From NCBI GenBank assembly GCA_028693335.1, contig JAQUVR010000026.1, positions 1-7,911 of the forward strand: a stretch of 7,911 bases of DNA, read 5' to 3'. Origin of the DNA: Candidatus Iainarchaeum sp. GTDB taxonomy: Archaea > Iainarchaeota > Iainarchaeia > Iainarchaeales > CSSED10-239. Positions 6,601 to 7,911 of the stretch are shown in pieces. The notes beneath the pieces are model-generated. The model saw only the letters and a list, made by a program, of their open reading frames with translations. It had not been told where the DNA came from and did no database searches. The position numbers and the translations under genes were made by a program. Position 1 is the stretch's first letter, and each line of letters starts with the position of its first letter.

Positions 6601-7911
6601 AGCAACAGAATTAGATTCAACTGTTGATTTTACTGTAAAGAAACAAGGTTATAAAACAGTAATTTTAAGAAACAAAATTACAGATCAAATATTAACAATT
6701 ACTCCACAATCTTTAGATATTTTAATAGATGTTTCAAAGAATTATTCTGAGAAAGTTCAAGTATCTTTAATTAACAACACAATATTACCATTGTATATTT
6801 CAAAGATTGAAAATAATATTAATAATGAATATATAGATATATCAACAATAATTAATAGTATTTTATTAGATCCAGCACAAAGAATATTATTAGATGTTGA
6901 TGCTAAATTAAATGAAGATGGTATTGAGTTAATGACTCAAAAAGTAATAACTGGAGATATATTATTAACAGTTAAAGAAGACACCTTAGGAAAAGAATGG
7001 ATTGTAAGAATTCCAACAACAATTAGAGTAACCTTTGGAAATAGTGTAAATAATATTAGTTGTTTAACAATAGACCCTATTGAAAATAATTTGTCTTTAG
7101 TAACTACTGAAGATGTTTCTGAATATACTGTAACTATTAAAAATAATTGTGTAGTTGATAAAACTGGTGTAGCATTAGGAAGAATATTTGCAGAACTTAA
7201 TTGGCCAAAAAATAAAAAATATGGAGAATTTAGTGTTGTTTCTTTAAATAATGAATATGATTTAATAGAAAATGAAAAAGTACAAATACTTCCAAGCCTA
7301 AAAGCAAATGAATCAACAACATTAAAAATTAGATTTAAGCCAACCGCAAGTTTAAAGACTATGGTTGCAGAACCAAAAATAATTTTTAGAACACAAAGAG
7401 CAAATGTTAATGGTTTTGATGTAATATCAGCAGAACATATTTCAAAAATTATCTTAAATAATTATGCAAGTTGTATAGAGTTGCCAAAAGGAATAGTACA
7501 GACAATGTATTGTGCAATGAATCAAATGATGGGCAATATGTATTCAAACAACTTTGGATACAACCCAATGGCTTATGACCCCACAACAATGGGTTATAAT
7601 CAACAACAGTTTGGCGGACAAATTGGTGTTCCATATTATGGTAGTACTTTTAATAGTATGCAATATCCAAGTTTAGGATATAGTCAAATGATGAATCAAA
7701 CACGTTTCCAGAATTTTTTAGATTATCCTGCAGCAAATAATACAATGTACACAAATCAATTTGGATGTCCAGCAACAACTATACAAGTAAAAAATAATTG
7801 TGCTGATGAGGCGATGATTAAGTTTGATCCAGAATATGGAATTACTGTTATGAATAGTAATGAAATATCAGTAAAGAAAAATGCTGCTGCTAATATTAAT
7901 ATTCAAGGTGG
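3641..7911 (+). CDS. Giant membrane-anchored surface protein, 3'-open (>1,423 aa): N-in signal anchor, tandem carboxypeptidase-regulatory-like beta-sandwich modules, unique central region, further Ig-like modules and a low-complexity insert
   Basis: I translated frame 2 by hand from ATG 3641 and found no stop up to the last complete codon (7907-7909, ggt). The 1,423 codons counted match (7911-3641+1)/3. An in-frame TAA at 3593-3595 with no intervening ATG fixes the start. AGGA lies at 3631-3634. The gene is absent from the supplied ORF track, presumably because it lacks a stop in the window. Checkpoint codons were verified (tgt 7511-7513 = Cys1291; gga 7763-7765 = Gly1375). Confidence 0.9.
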   Translation, partial: MGLKNLYYKLEDKYFDMLDYLEEKGINLYKIVDPLEKKGIPTFAIFLLLIFAIIGLIIFLLLPSTGLGKADTINLVFKDSTNKPISSAEINISFDNQRITAQTDNLGVYAITEFEKKAEHILKITDTRYKLANEITEQTISEKNNVVLLEMKKESLTKKIYFKSQNGLKITDNLDVSIRCTIADFFITETVVDGELTLSNIPINCGELIVEIIDRESDPYALPATEEVADVYLSGLSVSQEKGTLTVTVKDKDSKVGVSGLNIKVIDVATEQESDLGTTNNNGVFTSSNILLVNKTYKIFVSDPNGIYGSIGDLEYQTNILSPKKILSGSANNFEVELKKDVVGFIILKTVDQESNQVIPNVKVTLKKGPAIAEIKETGVDGVVRFGVKDTTPYIAVFDNSNYFIFQKAVTINSTEQEVKLKKVDSTNQNSLIVSVIDKDKYPIEEATIKLMDSVNNSLIKTATTDIYGKYIFTNLNAEYTYYIEAISGVYTGRSASNFTIKEREINEETVVLDIGEGTYNLTILDTQDSPVSTAVKVYEVSTNREMTEKATTTDAQGNTVIRIRADKSVYFVIDNFNRKFVTKNYNVPANTILKETIRLPRSVTSANIEFLGFFTSSGETITSISPGQSIIARFILNTDKEYSKAVAHIRTGTGDTCGSKTYLVEEDFSYIKQISYAGNKINGSTTYTPCMGEGKDLLSFTKRDGKWFNVNIDRPIVGSYLIDAEIVIKDITSQNQNVYYRAEFITSNTVSRFPLDSVLGTQQNTSSKQALYAYAKQQPIYVGSSNFCDNGICYSFSIFDKSTRTSRNIIDKYTAKENTDYQLQFRLNVDNKSLQDVSLNLTSLGQGKTIKLTNYLIESVGSQVLNGKDNFDNIDIGNLSVNDYISGVIDLSIINDQSDSLIFSVVSNGEVVFTKNILFEIRESKILIAEQLPTVLVPYVPNNILIAVTEEDKTPIANADVIVSRNNNVIDTGKTNTEGIFAYVLSATELDSTVDFTVKKQGYKTVILRNKITDQILTITPQSLDILIDVSKNYSEKVQVSLINNTILPLYISKIENNINNEYIDISTIINSILLDPAQRILLDVDAKLNEDGIELMTQKVITGDILLTVKEDTLGKEWIVRIPTTIRVTFGNSVNNISCLTIDPIENNLSLVTTEDVSEYTVTIKNNCVVDKTGVALGRIFAELNWPKNKKYGEFSVVSLNNEYDLIENEKVQILPSLKANESTTLKIRFKPTASLKTMVAEPKIIFRTQRANVNGFDVISAEHISKIILNNYASCIELPKGIVQTMYCAMNQMMGNMYSNNFGYNPMAYDPTTMGYNQQQFGGQIGVPYYGSTFNSMQYPSLGYSQMMNQTRFQNFLDYPAANNTMYTNQFGCPATTIQVKNNCADEAMIKFDPEYGITVMNSNEISVKKNAAANINIQG
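3758..3829 (+). other. Single transmembrane helix (signal anchor) of the giant protein
   Basis: aa 40-63 is IPTFAIFLLLIFAIIGLIIFLLLP. It is preceded by a 39-aa Lys/Glu/Asp-rich segment with EKKG immediately before the helix, consistent with an N-in/C-out orientation. Confidence 0.7.
3854..5386 (+). repeat. Six tandem protein-level repeats (~86-99 aa period) resembling carboxypeptidase regulatory-like (prealbumin-fold) domains
   Basis: Module cores start at aa 72, 158, 244, 343, 431 and 519. Examples: TLTVTVKDKDSKVGVSGLNIKVIDVATEQESDLGTTNNNGVFTSSNILLVNKTYKIFVSDPNG; FIILKTVDQESNQVIPNVKVTLKKGPAIAEIKETGVDGVVRFGVKDTTPYIAVFDNSNY; LIVSVIDKDKYPIEEATIKLMDSVNNSLIKTATTDIYGKYIFTNLNAEYTYYIEAISGVY; NLTILDTQDSPVSTAVKVYEVSTNREMTEKATTTDAQGNTVIRIRADKSVYFVIDNF. 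The shared pattern is h-x-h-x-V-x-D...P-h..A.h.h.......T-T-D..G.h.h..h.....Y.h.h. Confidence 0.55.
6473..6664 (+). repeat. Seventh, isolated module of the same carboxypeptidase-regulatory-like type
   Basis: aa 945-1008 is ILIAVTEEDKTPIANADVIVSRNNNVIDTGKTNTEGIFAYVLSATELDSTVDFTVKKQGYKTV. It has the same signature as modules 1-6, including the terminal KxGY. Confidence 0.5.
7505..7765 (+). other. Low-complexity Met/Tyr/Gln/Asn/Gly-rich, Lys/Glu-free segment within the giant protein
   Basis: aa 1289-1375 is MYCAMNQMMGNMYSNNFGYNPMAYDPTTMGYNQQQFGGQIGVPYYGSTFNSMQYPSLGYSQMMNQTRFQNFLDYPAANNTMYTNQFG. It contains 11 Met and 11 Tyr, no Lys or Glu, and only D1313, R1355 and D1361 are charged. It is flanked by C1278/C1291 and C1376/C1387. 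Confidence 0.85.

Noticed and set aside
5395-7634. Three ~61-71-aa antisense ORFs (5395-5610, 6331-6546, 7449-7634)
   Set aside because: All lie antisense inside the uninterrupted 1,423-codon + strand frame that the track omitted. They look prominent only because the real gene is not listed. The last one coincides with the Lys/Glu-free low-complexity region, whose Lys/Glu-poor, slightly G+C-richer coding sequence probably leaves the antisense frame open.
1-7911. Diversity-generating retroelement, CRISPR array, tRNA/rRNA, transposase/IS ends or long direct/inverted nucleotide repeats
   Set aside because: I saw no template/variable repeat pair, no regularly spaced short repeats, no GC-rich structured RNA-like segment, no reverse transcriptase, integrase or transposase-like translation, and no terminal inverted repeats. 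The only exact DNA repeat is the 10-mer tandem duplication at 3431-3450.
1-7911. Alternative genetic code or stop-codon recoding as the reason the giant ORF was missing from the track
   Set aside because: The frame has no in-frame TAA, TAG or TGA at all. Trp is encoded by TGG throughout, and genes 1 and 2 end in TAA. The omission is explained simply by the ORF having no stop within the window.

Overview
AT-rich window (about 30% GC by eye), coding almost entirely on the + strand. It holds three large co-directional genes with no recognisable housekeeping function. All three look exported or surface-located. (1) 1..1545 is an ORF open at the 5' edge. It has a coiled-coil region and a C-terminal domain with the Cys...His...His motif order of NlpC/P60-type papain-fold hydrolases. 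(2) 1604..3427 encodes a 607-aa protein with a type IV prepilin / class III signal N-terminus (KKG|FTLF plus a hydrophobic helix) that lacks Glu+5, and has 8 Cys. (3) 3641..>7911 is an uninterrupted reading frame of more than 1,423 codons that is NOT in the supplied ORF track, presumably because it has no stop inside the window. It encodes a short cytoplasmic N-terminus, one TM anchor, six tandem ~86-99-aa beta-sandwich modules (carboxypeptidase-regulatory-like by motif), a unique Cys-containing central region, a seventh module, a second class of ~125-aa modules, and an 87-residue Met/Tyr/Gln/Asn/Gly-rich segment with no Lys or Glu. Both intergenic regions carry oligo-T tracts and TATA-box-like elements. 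I found no rRNA, tRNA, CRISPR, transposase or nucleotide-level long repeats. My main hypothesis is that this is a cell-surface contact / envelope-breaching cassette of an AT-rich, small-genome organism (DPANN-type archaeon or CPR-type bacterium; the domain of life cannot be settled from this window). All domain calls rest on motif recognition by eye and no profile search was possible.
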